DNA of 59,623 bases from Burkholderiales bacterium (GCA_035624535.1 DASPRI010000209.1:1-59623); one strand, 5' to 3'. Counted from the stretch's first letter, positions 11,508-21,787 are shown. The notes: generated from the sequence alone by a model not told the origin. A program made the numbers and translations.

Positions 11508-11900
11508 ATGGCTCGCATAGCAGGCGTCAATATTCCGAACCAGCAGCACGCAGAAATCGCGCTGACTGCGATTTACGGTATCGGACGCGCACGTGCGCGC
11601 AAAATATGCGCCTCAGCGGGAGTGGATATATCCACCAAGATTAAAGATTTGTCTGACGCGGAAATGGACAAATTGCGCGAGCAAGTGAGCAAGTTCACCG
11701 TGGAGGGCGACCTGCGGCGCGAGGTTTCGATGAACATCAAGCGGCTCATTGACCTGGGTTGTTACCGGGGGCAGCGCCATCGCCGCGGTCTGCCGGTGCG
11801 CGGTCAGCGCACTCGCACCAACGCGCGCACTCGTAAAGGTCCGCGCAAGGCGGTGCGGCTGGCCAAGGCGCCAACTCCCAGCGTGACCGGGAAAGCTTAA
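11508..11900 (+). CDS. rpsM: 30S ribosomal protein S13
   Basis: [26 protein letters not shown]... matches S13. At 130 aa it has a slightly extended C-terminus. Confidence 0.97.
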   Translation: MARIAGVNIPNQQHAEIALTAIYGIGRARARKICASAGVDISTKIKDLSDAEMDKLREQVSKFTVEGDLRREVSMNIKRLIDLGCYRGQRHRRGLPVRGQRTRTNARTRKGPRKAVRLAKAPTPSVTGKA

Positions 11901-11915
11901 ACGAGGATACCGTCC

Positions 11916-12308
11916 ATGGTAACTAAGCCCAGCGTGAGAGTGCGGAAAAAGGCGAAGAAGAACGTAGCCGAAGGAATCGCTCACATTCACGCTTCATTCA
12001 ACAACACCATCGTCACCATCACCGACCGCCAAGGCAACACGCTGGCTTGGGCGACCTCGGGTGTGGCGGGGTTTAAGGGTTCGCGCAAGAGCACGCCTTT
12101 TGCCGCCCAGGTGGCTGCCGAGCAAGCAGGTCGCGCGGCCCAAGAATGCGGCGTGAAAAATCTTGAAGTGCGCATTAAGGGGCCGGGCCCGGGACGCGAA
12201 TCTGCGGTACGCGCGCTCAATGCGGTCGGATTCAAGATAACCAGTATCTCCGACGTGACTCCGGTACCTCATAACGGCTGCCGCCCGCCGAAACGACGCC
12301 GAATCTGA
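11916..12308 (+). CDS. rpsK: 30S ribosomal protein S11
   Basis: [22 protein letters not shown]...[14 protein letters not shown] matches S11, 130 aa. Confidence 0.97.
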   Translation: MVTKPSVRVRKKAKKNVAEGIAHIHASFNNTIVTITDRQGNTLAWATSGVAGFKGSRKSTPFAAQVAAEQAGRAAQECGVKNLEVRIKGPGPGRESAVRALNAVGFKITSISDVTPVPHNGCRPPKRRRI

Positions 12309-12321
12309 TCCAGGTAAGCTC

Positions 12322-12948
12322 ATGGCCAGAAATCTTGACGCAAAATGTCGACAGTGTCGCCGCGAAGGCGAGAAGCTGTTTCTAAAAGGGGAGAAGTGTT
12401 TTACCGACAAGTGCTCGATAGAGCGCAGGAGTTACGCTCCCGGTCTGCATGGTCAGAAAAACGTTCGCCTGTCCGGTTACGCAGTGCAATTGCGCGAGAA
12501 ACAAAAACTACGCCGCATCTATGGTTTGCTGGAAAGACAGTTTCGCAATACCTACGAGGACGCCGACCGCCGCAAAGGCATTACTGGCGAAACCCTGCTG
12601 CAACTGCTGGAATCGCGCCTGGATAACGTTTCTTACCGCATGGGCTTCGGCGCATCGCGCTCCGAGGCGCGGCAGATCGTGCGTCACAACGGCATTCTGG
12701 TGAACGGCAAGCGCGTCAATATCCCGTCCTATCAGGTGCGCCCTGGCGACGTGGTCGAAGTCGCGGAAAAAGCCAAAGGGCATTTGCGCATTAAGGCTTC
12801 GGTTGAAGCGGCGGAAGCGCGCGGCTTTCCGGAATGGATTGAGGTTGACAGCAAGGCCAGGAAAGGCGTTTTCAAGGCCCAGCCGCAGCGCTCCGAGCTG
12901 CCCACCACCATCAATGAGAGTTTAGTAGTCGAGTTGTATTCCAAGTAA
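12322..12948 (+). CDS. rpsD: 30S ribosomal protein S4
   Basis: 208 aa; [18 protein letters not shown] zinc-ribbon-like N-terminus and an S4 RNA-binding domain. Confidence 0.97.
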   Translation: MARNLDAKCRQCRREGEKLFLKGEKCFTDKCSIERRSYAPGLHGQKNVRLSGYAVQLREKQKLRRIYGLLERQFRNTYEDADRRKGITGETLLQLLESRLDNVSYRMGFGASRSEARQIVRHNGILVNGKRVNIPSYQVRPGDVVEVAEKAKGHLRIKASVEAAEARGFPEWIEVDSKARKGVFKAQPQRSELPTTINESLVVELYSK

Positions 12949-12977
12949 TCAGCAATGGATCTAGAGAGGTTTTAGCC

Positions 12978-13958
12978 ATGCAAAGCAGTGCTTTTCTCAA
13001 GCCGCGTATTATAGATGTGCAAACTATTTCGCCAGTGCATGCCAAAGTGACCATGGAGCCGTTCGAACGGGGCTACGGCCACACCCTCGGTAATGCACTG
13101 CGCCGCATACTGCTTTCATCGATGCCCGGCTTTGCCCCCACCGAGGTCACCATTAGCGGCGTGCTGCATGAGTACTCGGCGCTGGATGGCGTGCAAGAAG
13201 ACGTGGTCGATATTCTGCTTAACCTCAAGGGTATCGTGCTCAAGCTGCACAATCGCCAGGAGGCGATGCTTACCCTCAAAAAAAGCGGTGAAGGTGTAGT
13301 TACCGCAGGCGATATTGAGGGCGGGCACGATGTCGAAATCATCAACCCTGACCACGTAATCGCGCATTTAACACCCGGCGGCAAACTGGATATGCAAATC
13401 AAAGTTGAAATGGGGCGCGGCTACGTGGCCGGAACCATGCGTCAATTGCCGGAGGAAAAGCGCAAGATTGGCAACATTGTTTTGGATGCTTCGTTCAGCC
13501 CGGTGCGGCGGGTGAGCTATGCTGTGGAGAGCGCGCGTGTCGAGCAGCGCACGGACTTGGACAAGCTGGTGATGGATATCGAGACCAACGGAGTGATTGA
13601 TCCAGAGGAAGCGATACGCTATGCGGCTCGCATCCTAGTAGACCAGCTGTCGGTATTTGCCGATCTCAAAGGCACGACTTTGGAAGTTGAACAACCCAAA
13701 GTCCCGCAGGTGGACCCGATTTTACTGCGCCCCGTGGACGATCTGGAACTTACCGTGCGTTCGGCGAATTGCCTGAAAGCGGAAAACATCTATTACATTG
13801 GCGATCTCATCCAGCGTAGCGAGACCGAATTGCTGAAAACACCCAATCTCGGCCGCAAATCGCTTAACGAAATCAAGGATGTCCTTGCATCGCGCGGGCT
13901 GACGCTCGGCATGAAACTGGAAAACTGGCCGCCTGCGGGGCTGGAAAGCAAAGGATAA
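12978..13958 (+). CDS. rpoA: DNA-directed RNA polymerase subunit alpha
   Basis: 326 aa; [24 protein letters not shown] and the C-terminal domain [23 protein letters not shown]. Confidence 0.98.
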   Translation: MQSSAFLKPRIIDVQTISPVHAKVTMEPFERGYGHTLGNALRRILLSSMPGFAPTEVTISGVLHEYSALDGVQEDVVDILLNLKGIVLKLHNRQEAMLTLKKSGEGVVTAGDIEGGHDVEIINPDHVIAHLTPGGKLDMQIKVEMGRGYVAGTMRQLPEEKRKIGNIVLDASFSPVRRVSYAVESARVEQRTDLDKLVMDIETNGVIDPEEAIRYAARILVDQLSVFADLKGTTLEVEQPKVPQVDPILLRPVDDLELTVRSANCLKAENIYYIGDLIQRSETELLKTPNLGRKSLNEIKDVLASRGLTLGMKLENWPPAGLESKG

Positions 13959-13964
13959 CTGGTC

Positions 13965-14363
13965 ATGCGCCACCGCCAGGGATTGAGAAAGCTCAACCGG
14001 ACGACCAGCCATCGCGTGGCGATGTTGCGCAATATGACCAATTCCTTGCTGCGCTTTGAGACCATCAAGACCACGCTTCCCAAGGCGAAGGAACTGCGGC
14101 GGGTCGCCGAGCCATTGATCACGCTGGGCAAAAAGCCTTCGCTTGCCAATCGGCGCTTGGCGTATAACCGCCTGCGGGACAGGGAAATCGTGGCCAAACT
14201 CTTCAATGAACTAGGGCCGCGCTATGCCAAACGCAACGGCGGCTATTTGCGCATTCTCAAATTCGGCTTTCGCAACGGCGACAACGCGTCCATGGCCCTG
14301 GTTCAGCTCATGGATCGCCCCGAGCCGAAAGAAGAAACCAAGGGCAAGACATCCAAGAGCTGA
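13965..14363 (+). CDS. rplQ: 50S ribosomal protein L17
   Basis: [24 protein letters not shown]... matches L17, 132 aa. Confidence 0.97.
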   Translation: MRHRQGLRKLNRTTSHRVAMLRNMTNSLLRFETIKTTLPKAKELRRVAEPLITLGKKPSLANRRLAYNRLRDREIVAKLFNELGPRYAKRNGGYLRILKFGFRNGDNASMALVQLMDRPEPKEETKGKTSKS

Positions 14364-14377
14364 AGATATCCGGCAAA

Positions 14378-14441
14378 GGAAATTTTTGACTGGCCCGGCG
14401 CGCGTTTTTTTTGCCGCGCAGACGCCGCGGAAATTTTTGAC
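14378..14441 (+). repeat. 13 bp direct repeat GGAAATTTTTGAC (14378-14390 and 14429-14441) flanking a GC-rich segment plus T8 run; possible end-of-operon terminator region
   Basis: Both copies were read directly. Between them lies GGCCCGGCGCGCG followed by TTTTTTTT, but only weak stem pairing could be drawn by eye. Confidence 0.4.
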
Positions 14442-14501
14442 CGTTCAGTCGATCATTGACTTCTCTGCGCGCTTGCGCTGAATGGCTTAAAATCACCGGC
14501 C

Positions 14502-15230
14502 ATGATCGTCCTTTTTACCGATTTTGGTCACGCCAGCGTGTACGTCGGACAGGTCAAGAGCGTGCTCTACCAAACTTCGCCGCGCGCGCATTGCATCGAT
14601 TTGCTGCATGACGCGCCGGCATTCAACGTCAAGGCGAGCGCGCATTTGCTTGCGGCCCTGGTGCCTCAATTTCCGCCGGAAAGCGTGTTCCTTACAGTCG
14701 TTGACCCGGGCGTGGGGAGCGCACGTGATGCTGTCGTGGTGTCCGCCGACGGCAAATGGTTTGTGGGGCCGGATAATGGCTTGCTTTCGGTCGCTGCGGC
14801 GAGAGCGAGCAAAAGCGAATTCTGGCGTATCCATTGGCGTCCCCGAAACCTTTCCCACACTTTTCATGGCCGCGATCTGTTCGCTCCGGTTGCCGCGCTC
14901 GTGGCCGCGGGAAAATTTCCCAGCGATAAATTGGAAGAAATTAATTCGCTGCGGGTTTGCCTAGACGCGGAGAATTTGGCGGAAATCATTTACATCGATC
15001 ATTATGGCAACGCCATGACCGGAATGCGCGCCAAATCCCTGATGTTTAATAGTCAGCTTCTGGTGCATGGCGGGCGCTTAAGGCGCGCGACAATATTCGC
15101 AGATGTTCCGAGTGGAACGCCGTTTTGGTATGAAAACTGCGTGGGCCTTGCCGAGATCGCCATTAGCTGCGGCAATGCTGCGCGGGAACTCGATTTGAAA
15201 ATCGGCGATGCAGTTGAAATGATAAAGTAA
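14502..15230 (+). CDS. SAM hydrolase / S-adenosyl-L-methionine hydroxide adenosyltransferase family protein (DUF62)
   Basis: IVLFTDFG..YVGQVKSVL...VVDPGVGS.R..VVV...G..FVGPDNGLLS is the conserved DUF62 (fluorinase/chlorinase-like) N-domain pattern. Confidence 0.8.
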   Translation: MIVLFTDFGHASVYVGQVKSVLYQTSPRAHCIDLLHDAPAFNVKASAHLLAALVPQFPPESVFLTVVDPGVGSARDAVVVSADGKWFVGPDNGLLSVAAARASKSEFWRIHWRPRNLSHTFHGRDLFAPVAALVAAGKFPSDKLEEINSLRVCLDAENLAEIIYIDHYGNAMTGMRAKSLMFNSQLLVHGGRLRRATIFADVPSGTPFWYENCVGLAEIAISCGNAARELDLKIGDAVEMIK

Positions 15231-15264
15231 CTGAGCCGGCGATGCCTTAAAGCATTGCAAGCTG

Positions 15265-16488
15265 CTAGGCGCCGGACCTGCGCGAGAAAAAGCGCAGCAC
15301 CAGATATCCGGCGACCGCTGATAAGAGTGACCCTGCCAACACCCCGAGACGAACGCCGGTTGCGTACTCGGGGGCCTCTTCAAATGCAAGCGAGCCGATG
15401 AAGAAGCTCATTGTAAATCCCACCCCGCAGACCAAAGCGATTCCGCACATTTCGGACCAGCGCGTGCCGCTCGGCAGGGTTGCCAGACCGGTCGCAACGG
15501 CGATTCCTGTCGCAAGAAGCACCCCGATCAGCTTGCCGAAAAATAGACCTGCGGCAATGCCTAACGGTACCGGTTCGAGCAGGCTGGCGAAGGTGAGCCC
15601 GTGAAATGAAATTCCGGCATTGGCGAACGCAAACACCGGAAGTACCCCGTACGCCACCCAAGGGTGCAGGCTGTGCTCGAAATGCCGCAACAGAGACTTT
15701 TCTTGTTCGCGATGGCTCTTGAGAGGTATGAAAAATGCCAGCAAGACCCCTGCAAGTGTCGCGTGAATTCCCGATTTGAGCACTGCCACCCAAAGCGCGA
15801 CCCCGATTATCACGTAAGGTGCCGGGCGGGCAATGCCTTTCTTGTTGAAGTAGAAAAGGACGAGCGCGGCAATTCCCGCGAGCAATAGTGACAGCATTGA
15901 TAGCTTATCCGAATAATAGACCGCGATGATGATGATGGCCCCGAGGTCGTCAAATATTGCAACGCTAAGCAAGAAAATTTTCAATGAAGGCGGTACCCGG
16001 TTGCCAAGCAAACTAAGCACCCCGACTGCGAACGCGATGTCGGTAGCGGCTGGAATCGCCCAGCCTGCCATAGTAACCGGGTCGCCCCAGTTCAAGTAGG
16101 CATAAACAACCGCCGGCATCACGATCCCGCCCAAGGCAGCCAGGCCGGGCAGAACGATTTGCGACGGACGGGAGAGCTCTCCTTCCAATATCTCGCGCTT
16201 CAACTCGAGGCCGACGAGAAAGAAAAAAACCGCCATCAGCCCATCGTTGACCCACAGCAAGAGCGGTTTCGCCAGCCCAAATTCGCCTGCATGAATGCTT
16301 ATAGTTGTTTGCAAAAACCCAAAGTAATAGACGGCAAATGGCGAATTGACCAAGACCATCGCCAACACCGCCAAACACATCAGGATAAGCCCACCGGACG
16401 ACTCGAGTTTCAGGAACTCGGCGATTGCCCCGCGAAAATCTACTCGATTAGCCTTAAAATCAGCAAGGCGGGAAAGCCAGGATTTCAT
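15265..16488 (-). CDS. nhaA: Na+/H+ antiporter NhaA
   Basis: 407 aa; ESSGGLILMCLAVLAMVLVNSP, LLWVNDGLMAVFFFLVGLELKRE and AIFDDLGAIIIIA are hallmark NhaA motifs. Confidence 0.93.
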   Translation of the reverse strand: MKSWLSRLADFKANRVDFRGAIAEFLKLESSGGLILMCLAVLAMVLVNSPFAVYYFGFLQTTISIHAGEFGLAKPLLLWVNDGLMAVFFFLVGLELKREILEGELSRPSQIVLPGLAALGGIVMPAVVYAYLNWGDPVTMAGWAIPAATDIAFAVGVLSLLGNRVPPSLKIFLLSVAIFDDLGAIIIIAVYYSDKLSMLSLLLAGIAALVLFYFNKKGIARPAPYVIIGVALWVAVLKSGIHATLAGVLLAFFIPLKSHREQEKSLLRHFEHSLHPWVAYGVLPVFAFANAGISFHGLTFASLLEPVPLGIAAGLFFGKLIGVLLATGIAVATGLATLPSGTRWSEMCGIALVCGVGFTMSFFIGSLAFEEAPEYATGVRLGVLAGSLLSAVAGYLVLRFFSRRSGA

Positions 16489-16579
16489 AGTGCCGCTCCT
16501 GTTTTGTTAGGAACTTGGTGGCATTATTCTAAGATATCGGCATCCGATATACGTGGCAAGAATTTTTTGAGCGGAATAA

Positions 16580-17134
16580 ATGAACGGGCAATCGTTTACC
16601 ATCTGGACCATTGGCCACGGCAACCGCACCGCGTCTGAGTTAGTGCAAATGCTCGATGAAGCTGGGGTGGAGTGTTTGGCGGATGTCAGAAGCTATCCCG
16701 GCTCGCGCCGCAATCCGCAATTTTCCCGGGAGCAGCTTGCTGCATTACTTTCCGCGCATGGCATAGATTACCGGTGGGAAGGCGAAAGTTTGGGTGGATT
16801 CAGGAAACCTAGAGCCGATTCAAAACATGTGGCGTTGAGAAGCAGGGGCTTTCGCGGCTACGCGGATTACATGGAATCGGCGCCGTTCAACGCTGGAGTT
16901 TCTGCGCTGATTAAGAGCGCGCAGAAATACCGCACCGCCATTATGTGCGCCGAGCGCTTGCCTTGGCGCTGCCACCGGGCGCTCATTTCCGATTACCTCG
17001 TGATGCAAGGGATTTCCGTGACGCATTTGCTCACGCCCGGGAAAGTCCAGAAGCACAAGATGAATCCCGCGGCGAAAATTTCCAACGGTGGATTAGTGTA
17101 CGATCAGATGGTACAGATGCGACTTCGGGTTTGA
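16580..17134 (+). CDS. DUF488 domain-containing protein
   Basis: IWTIGHGNR...L..L...GV..L.DVRS.P.SRRNPQF and CAERLPWRCHR match the DUF488 pattern. Confidence 0.8.
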   Translation: MNGQSFTIWTIGHGNRTASELVQMLDEAGVECLADVRSYPGSRRNPQFSREQLAALLSAHGIDYRWEGESLGGFRKPRADSKHVALRSRGFRGYADYMESAPFNAGVSALIKSAQKYRTAIMCAERLPWRCHRALISDYLVMQGISVTHLLTPGKVQKHKMNPAAKISNGGLVYDQMVQMRLRV

Positions 17135-17183
17135 AACTGCGATCGAAGCAACGCAGCTTCAAAATCCGCGATTTCTAGAGATC

Positions 17184-18839
17184 CTATTTTTCACTTTCCA
17201 CGCCCAGTAAGCGCTGGTACAGCAAGCCACCGAGATAAAAGGTAATACCCAGCAGGACTAGACTTATAATGCGCAGCAACGGTGCAGCCCCTGACAAGTC
17301 GTAGAGTAAAACCTTGCCCACCGTAGCGGCAAATATCAGCAGGGACGACTGGCCGAGTTCGCGATTGCGCTGCGTTAACGACAGAACCAAACAAGTCAAA
17401 GCCAAGAAACCCCAGACGGTTGACACCACGATTCGTTCGTGGAGCAGTTGCACCGCAGCTGCCATGAGGCTGATATGACCGCCGTAAAGTAACAGCATCA
17501 GCGTCTGGCGCAGCGCTTGTAGATTACGGCCAAAGTAATAGCCTGCGTAAAGCCCCAGGGCATAGAGAATAGCCAGCAACTCCCGTGCAGGAACCGTTTG
17601 GACATCGGTATTGAGCACTATGCGCAGATAATTGACCGCGAAGATGATGCCGACCACCAGCCACAAAGGCCAGCGCACGATGCCCGCAGCACTGCTGGAA
17701 AGGCTGACCATGGCAGTCGCTGGCATGAGCAGGAAAGCGACCCAGGGCGCCCAACTTCTTGGCACGGATTCAATGTAGCCGGCATGAAACAGCACCAGCG
17801 CGATATAGGCAGACAGAAGAAGTTCACCGCCGGGCAGCGGACGCTTGAGGGTAGCGCGGGTTAAGCCATAGATTACTGCCAGCGCCAGCGCGCTTGCCGC
17901 CGCAATCCACGGGGCATAAACCGGCAGGTGTCTGTTGAGCAGCGTGTACTGCAGAAAGTAAAAGACGAGCAGCGCCGGAAGATGAAGCAGCGCGGTATCA
18001 CGGTCCAGCGGCGTTTGATGGCGGATGGAAAATAAAACGGTGGCGGCGGCAAAGATCAGAAACTGTACTGTCTGGAAAGCCAGCGCGGACACCCACTCTT
18101 CGGCGACTCCGTCATGCCATACGAGGTCGAATCCGATCAGCGCAAAATAAAGAGCGAGTAAATAGATCAGCCTGCGCCCGATCCAAATGGAGTAGACACT
18201 GAATACGATGCTCCAAGCCGAAAAGTAAATCACCAGCTCGGTGATGGCGGCGCTCAGGCTCGATAGTAAAAAAGGCGCAGAGTACGAGCCAATTATGGCA
18301 AACATCGCGTAAAGCTCGCTCGCAAAAACCCGGCATAACCACAGTGAAACAATACAGACCAAGACCACGGCTGCCGCTGCCGACCCGGGTTCGAGGAATC
18401 CGTAATACAGGTGCGCCCCGTAGATCGACAGGAAGAGGATGACCACTCCTCCAGCCGGCAGAAGGCCCGCGTAGCGACGGTCGGTAGCACGCAGCAGAAA
18501 ACCCGCGCCAATCAAAACCACTGCACCGAGGACCGCGATGGTTATTTGCCGCAGCGGGGTGAGCCAGCCGGTGTCGAGCGCCAGACGGATGAGATATGCC
18601 GCCGCCAGTACTAAAGCGGTCAAGCCTACCCATCCCAATACGCTGGTAACGGAAGACGCCTTTTTTTCGCCGGCGGTCTTGGCTGTGGAATCAACTATCC
18701 TGGGGGCATGGGCAAATTGCGCCACGCTTATCTCGCCAAGCGCCGGTTTCTGGTCTGCAGCCTGCGCCAGCTTCGTCTCGAGCAGTTTGAGACGATTTTC
18801 TATCCGAGCAAATCGTTGCTCAAGCTCATTGTCTTCCAT
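17184..18839 (-). CDS. DUF2339-type polytopic membrane protein
   Basis: 551 aa. An N-terminal coiled-coil (ELEQRFARIENRLKLLETKLAQ) is followed by at least 15 predicted TM helices. The family assignment rests on architecture only. Confidence 0.6.
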   Translation of the reverse strand: MEDNELEQRFARIENRLKLLETKLAQAADQKPALGEISVAQFAHAPRIVDSTAKTAGEKKASSVTSVLGWVGLTALVLAAAYLIRLALDTGWLTPLRQITIAVLGAVVLIGAGFLLRATDRRYAGLLPAGGVVILFLSIYGAHLYYGFLEPGSAAAAVVLVCIVSLWLCRVFASELYAMFAIIGSYSAPFLLSSLSAAITELVIYFSAWSIVFSVYSIWIGRRLIYLLALYFALIGFDLVWHDGVAEEWVSALAFQTVQFLIFAAATVLFSIRHQTPLDRDTALLHLPALLVFYFLQYTLLNRHLPVYAPWIAAASALALAVIYGLTRATLKRPLPGGELLLSAYIALVLFHAGYIESVPRSWAPWVAFLLMPATAMVSLSSSAAGIVRWPLWLVVGIIFAVNYLRIVLNTDVQTVPARELLAILYALGLYAGYYFGRNLQALRQTLMLLLYGGHISLMAAAVQLLHERIVVSTVWGFLALTCLVLSLTQRNRELGQSSLLIFAATVGKVLLYDLSGAAPLLRIISLVLLGITFYLGGLLYQRLLGVESEK

Positions 18840-18876
18840 TCTGTCCCCAATCGAAACTCGAGCTCAATTTCCAACA

Positions 18877-20157
18877 CTAGCCCACGATGAGCACGCGGAA
18901 ATCGTTGACATTGGTCCGAGTCGCGCCGGTCATGACGAGATCACGTAAAGCGTGGAAAAAGCTGTAGCTGTCATTATTGGTCAGCAGCTTTTCCGGGTTT
19001 AGGTCGAGTTTGCGGGCGCGCTGCAAGGTATCAGGAGTAATCAGCGCGCCAGCATTATCGCCGGTGCCGTCCGATCCGTCAGTGCCGCAGGAAAGCGCAT
19101 AAACATCTTTCATGCCTTGCAAATCTATAGCCAGCGAGAGCAGGAATTCGGTGTTACGTCCGCCGCGGCCGTTGCCCCGCACGGTCACCGTGGTCTCGCC
19201 CCCCGAGATCAGCGCTACACGTGCTTTCCAGGGTTCGCCGTATCTGAGAATTTGGCGCGCCAAACCGCCAAAAACCTTTGCCACCTCGCGCGCTTCGCCG
19301 GTTATAGTATCGCCCAGAACTGCGGTCTTGATGCCCTGTTTGCGGAAATATCTTGCAGCCGCATGCAATGAATTATGCGCCGTTGCAATCACATGGTTTT
19401 CAACTTTGCGAAACACTTTGTTATTTGGCTTGGGAGTCTCCTCGAGCCTGCCCTCTTGACCCCGGTGCAAAATGTCCATGACGGGTTCGGGCGCTCTGAC
19501 CTGATATCGGGAAATAATTCGCAGCGCATCGCTGTAGGTTGTCGGATCGGCAGTACACGGACCCGAGGCAATATGCGTCGGATCATCACCTGTGACGTCG
19601 GAAATGATGAGCGCGACCACTGGCGCCTTGCTAGCGGCGGCCAATCTTCCGCCCTGAATGGCTGACAAGTGCTTGCGCACGGTATTGATCTCCTGAATCG
19701 TTGCGCCACAAAGCAGCAATTGCCTCGTGATTGCCCGTAGATCTTCCATGCTGACACCGGCGACCGGTAGCGAGAGCAGGCTTGAGCCGCCGCCGCTAAT
19801 CAGGGCGAGCAACAAGTCGTTCACCCCGAGCCTCTTCACTTCCTCAAAGATTTCCCTTGCTGCGGTTTCGCCACTCGCGTCAGGAATGGGATGGCCGGCT
19901 TCGACGACCTTGATGTGGCGCGTAGGCAGGCTATGGCCATAGCGCGTAATGACCACGCCGGAAAGCGCATTTTTTTTGGGCCAATGCTTTTCCACGGCAA
20001 ATGCCATGGAAGCGGCGGCTTTGCCCGCGCCGACAACCAAGGTGCGCCCCTTGGGGACCTCGGGCAAATGGCGAGGAACGATTTGCAGAGGATCTGCTGC
20101 GGCAAGCGCCGCTTTAAAGCTGTCCAGCAAGAGCTTGCGTGGGGCAATCGAGGCCAT
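18877..20157 (-). CDS. Glycerate 2-kinase (DUF4147/MOFRL family; TtuD/GckA-like)
   Basis: MASIAPRKLLLDSFKAALAAADP...VVGAGKAAASMA at the N-terminus and a C-terminal MOFRL-like LSCGTDGSDGTGDNAGA. A start at 20157 avoids overlap with mtdA; the ORF-track start at 20244 is an extension. Confidence 0.8.
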   Translation of the reverse strand: MASIAPRKLLLDSFKAALAAADPLQIVPRHLPEVPKGRTLVVGAGKAAASMAFAVEKHWPKKNALSGVVITRYGHSLPTRHIKVVEAGHPIPDASGETAAREIFEEVKRLGVNDLLLALISGGGSSLLSLPVAGVSMEDLRAITRQLLLCGATIQEINTVRKHLSAIQGGRLAAASKAPVVALIISDVTGDDPTHIASGPCTADPTTYSDALRIISRYQVRAPEPVMDILHRGQEGRLEETPKPNNKVFRKVENHVIATAHNSLHAAARYFRKQGIKTAVLGDTITGEAREVAKVFGGLARQILRYGEPWKARVALISGGETTVTVRGNGRGGRNTEFLLSLAIDLQGMKDVYALSCGTDGSDGTGDNAGALITPDTLQRARKLDLNPEKLLTNNDSYSFFHALRDLVMTGATRTNVNDFRVLIVG

Positions 20158-20159
20158 AA

Positions 20160-21020
20160 TTACTGCGCCATGCTCTTCGCGATGGCATAGATCTCCTCGG
20201 CGTCGAAAACCTGGTTTTCGCTTTCGAACAACTTGCCGATGCATGCACGATGCACTTGCAGCTTGAGGCCCCCGAAGCCGATTGCGCCGTAAACGGTTTT
20301 GCCGTTGCGGTTCGCAGCCTTGTCCATCATGTCCACGCCGGCAATTCCCAGGGGGGGCGTGGCGTTCGCATCTGCCATCAGCTCAATGCTTGGATTGTTT
20401 TGCCAATGGCTTTCTTCCAGCAATTGCACTCCAGCCGCGCCCGCGGCAAAAACGATTTGAGTGCCTTTGAGCGCTGCGCCGCGCGCCGCATTATCGGCTG
20501 CTTCCAGCGGACTGACATTGACAGCGAAGCGCTCCTGGATCTGCTTGCAGGCGTTTTCAGCCCGGTCGCGCTTTCTCGAGGTGACCACAACCTGCGCGCC
20601 TTCTTTTGCCAGTAGTGCAGCAGCGCGAAGCCCCACAGGGCCGGTTCCCGCCAGCACGACTGCGCGCTTTCCGGCAACCGATCCGGAGCGGGTGAGCATC
20701 GCGACGCCGGCGGCAGCGGTAGTGTTTGAGCCGTTGCTATCGAGCATCACCGAAACGCGGAAATTGGCGAAGAATTTTTTCTTGACGGCCTTAAGTAAAA
20801 TCTGGCCTGCTTCCATGTTGCTGCCGCCGATAAAAATTGCGGTATATTTCTTTTCCTTGGGGGCGCGGGTAAAAATTGTACCGTCCACCAGAAAGCCTAC
20901 ATTTTGCGGCGTAACATTGCTGTATCCGGTAACATGATCAGCGCCGCCATCGTAGGCAACCACGGTATCAAATACGCTGGGATAGGGGTCGGTATCAAAC
21001 TGGAACAGGAGCTTTTTCAT
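20160..21020 (-). CDS. mtdA: NADP-dependent methylene-tetrahydromethanopterin/methylene-tetrahydrofolate dehydrogenase MtdA
   Basis: MKKLLFQFDTDPYPSVFDTVVAYDGGADHVTGYSNVTPQNVG...MLDSNGSNTTAAAGVA...LAGTGPVG...LKLQVHRACIGKLFES..VFDAEEIY closely follows the Methylobacterium MtdA sequence as I recall it. Confidence 0.85.
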   Translation of the reverse strand: MKKLLFQFDTDPYPSVFDTVVAYDGGADHVTGYSNVTPQNVGFLVDGTIFTRAPKEKKYTAIFIGGSNMEAGQILLKAVKKKFFANFRVSVMLDSNGSNTTAAAGVAMLTRSGSVAGKRAVVLAGTGPVGLRAAALLAKEGAQVVVTSRKRDRAENACKQIQERFAVNVSPLEAADNAARGAALKGTQIVFAAGAAGVQLLEESHWQNNPSIELMADANATPPLGIAGVDMMDKAANRNGKTVYGAIGFGGLKLQVHRACIGKLFESENQVFDAEEIYAIAKSMAQ

Positions 21021-21112
21021 TCTTGGGCCCTCAGACTGAAGCGGATAGTCTACCATTTCTTTTTTACCGGGAAACCTCGGGTCGGGTCCCCCAATAAACG
21101 AAAGGATAAGCT

Positions 21113-21745
21113 GTGATTAAAGACGATTCCATCCAGAAATTTCTAACTGAACTTGCTGGCTCGAGCTCTACGCCGGGAGGCGGAAGCGCCGCCGCAGTGA
21201 TGGGGGCGATGGGCGGGGCGCTGGTGAGCATGGTGTGCAATCTTACCATCGGCAAGAAGAATTACGCCGAAGTCGAAGCGGAAATGCGCGAACTGCTGGC
21301 ACAGTCGGAGAATTTGCGGCACCGCCTTACCGGCATGATCAATGACGACGTGGAGGCGTTCAATCAGGTGATGGCGACCTATGGCATGCCGAAGAGCAGC
21401 GATCAGGAAAAAGCCATACGCGCGGCGGCAATCCAGGATGCGTTGAAGCATGCTACCCAAGTACCGTTGAATTGCGCCAAAGTTTGCTTCGAGGTCATGC
21501 AGCTGTCGAAACGCGTAGCGGAAAAAGGCAATGTCAATGTGGTGAGTGACGCGGGCGTGGCGGTGCTCGCTGCTTGCGCGGGCCTCAAAAGCGCCGCGCT
21601 TAACGTATATGTCAATACCGCGGCAATAAAGGACGAGGCATTTAACCGACAGAAACTGGCAGAGCTCAACAAAGTGCTTGCCGATGCCGACCGTTTTGCC
21701 GGCAGCATCTACGAATTGGTAAAAGGCAAACTCATTTCGCATTAG
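21113..21745 (+). CDS. fchA: Methenyltetrahydrofolate cyclohydrolase (cyclodeaminase/cyclohydrolase family, Fch)
   Basis: GTG start; FL.ELAGSSSTPGGGSAAAVMGAMGGALVSMVCNLTIGKK is the FTCD_C/Fch signature. Divergent from mtdA. Confidence 0.85.
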   Translation: MIKDDSIQKFLTELAGSSSTPGGGSAAAVMGAMGGALVSMVCNLTIGKKNYAEVEAEMRELLAQSENLRHRLTGMINDDVEAFNQVMATYGMPKSSDQEKAIRAAAIQDALKHATQVPLNCAKVCFEVMQLSKRVAEKGNVNVVSDAGVAVLAACAGLKSAALNVYVNTAAIKDEAFNRQKLAELNKVLADADRFAGSIYELVKGKLISH

Positions 21746-21787
21746 CCGCAAATTGCAGGAGGTCAGGAGCAGGGGCGGCAAGCCGAG

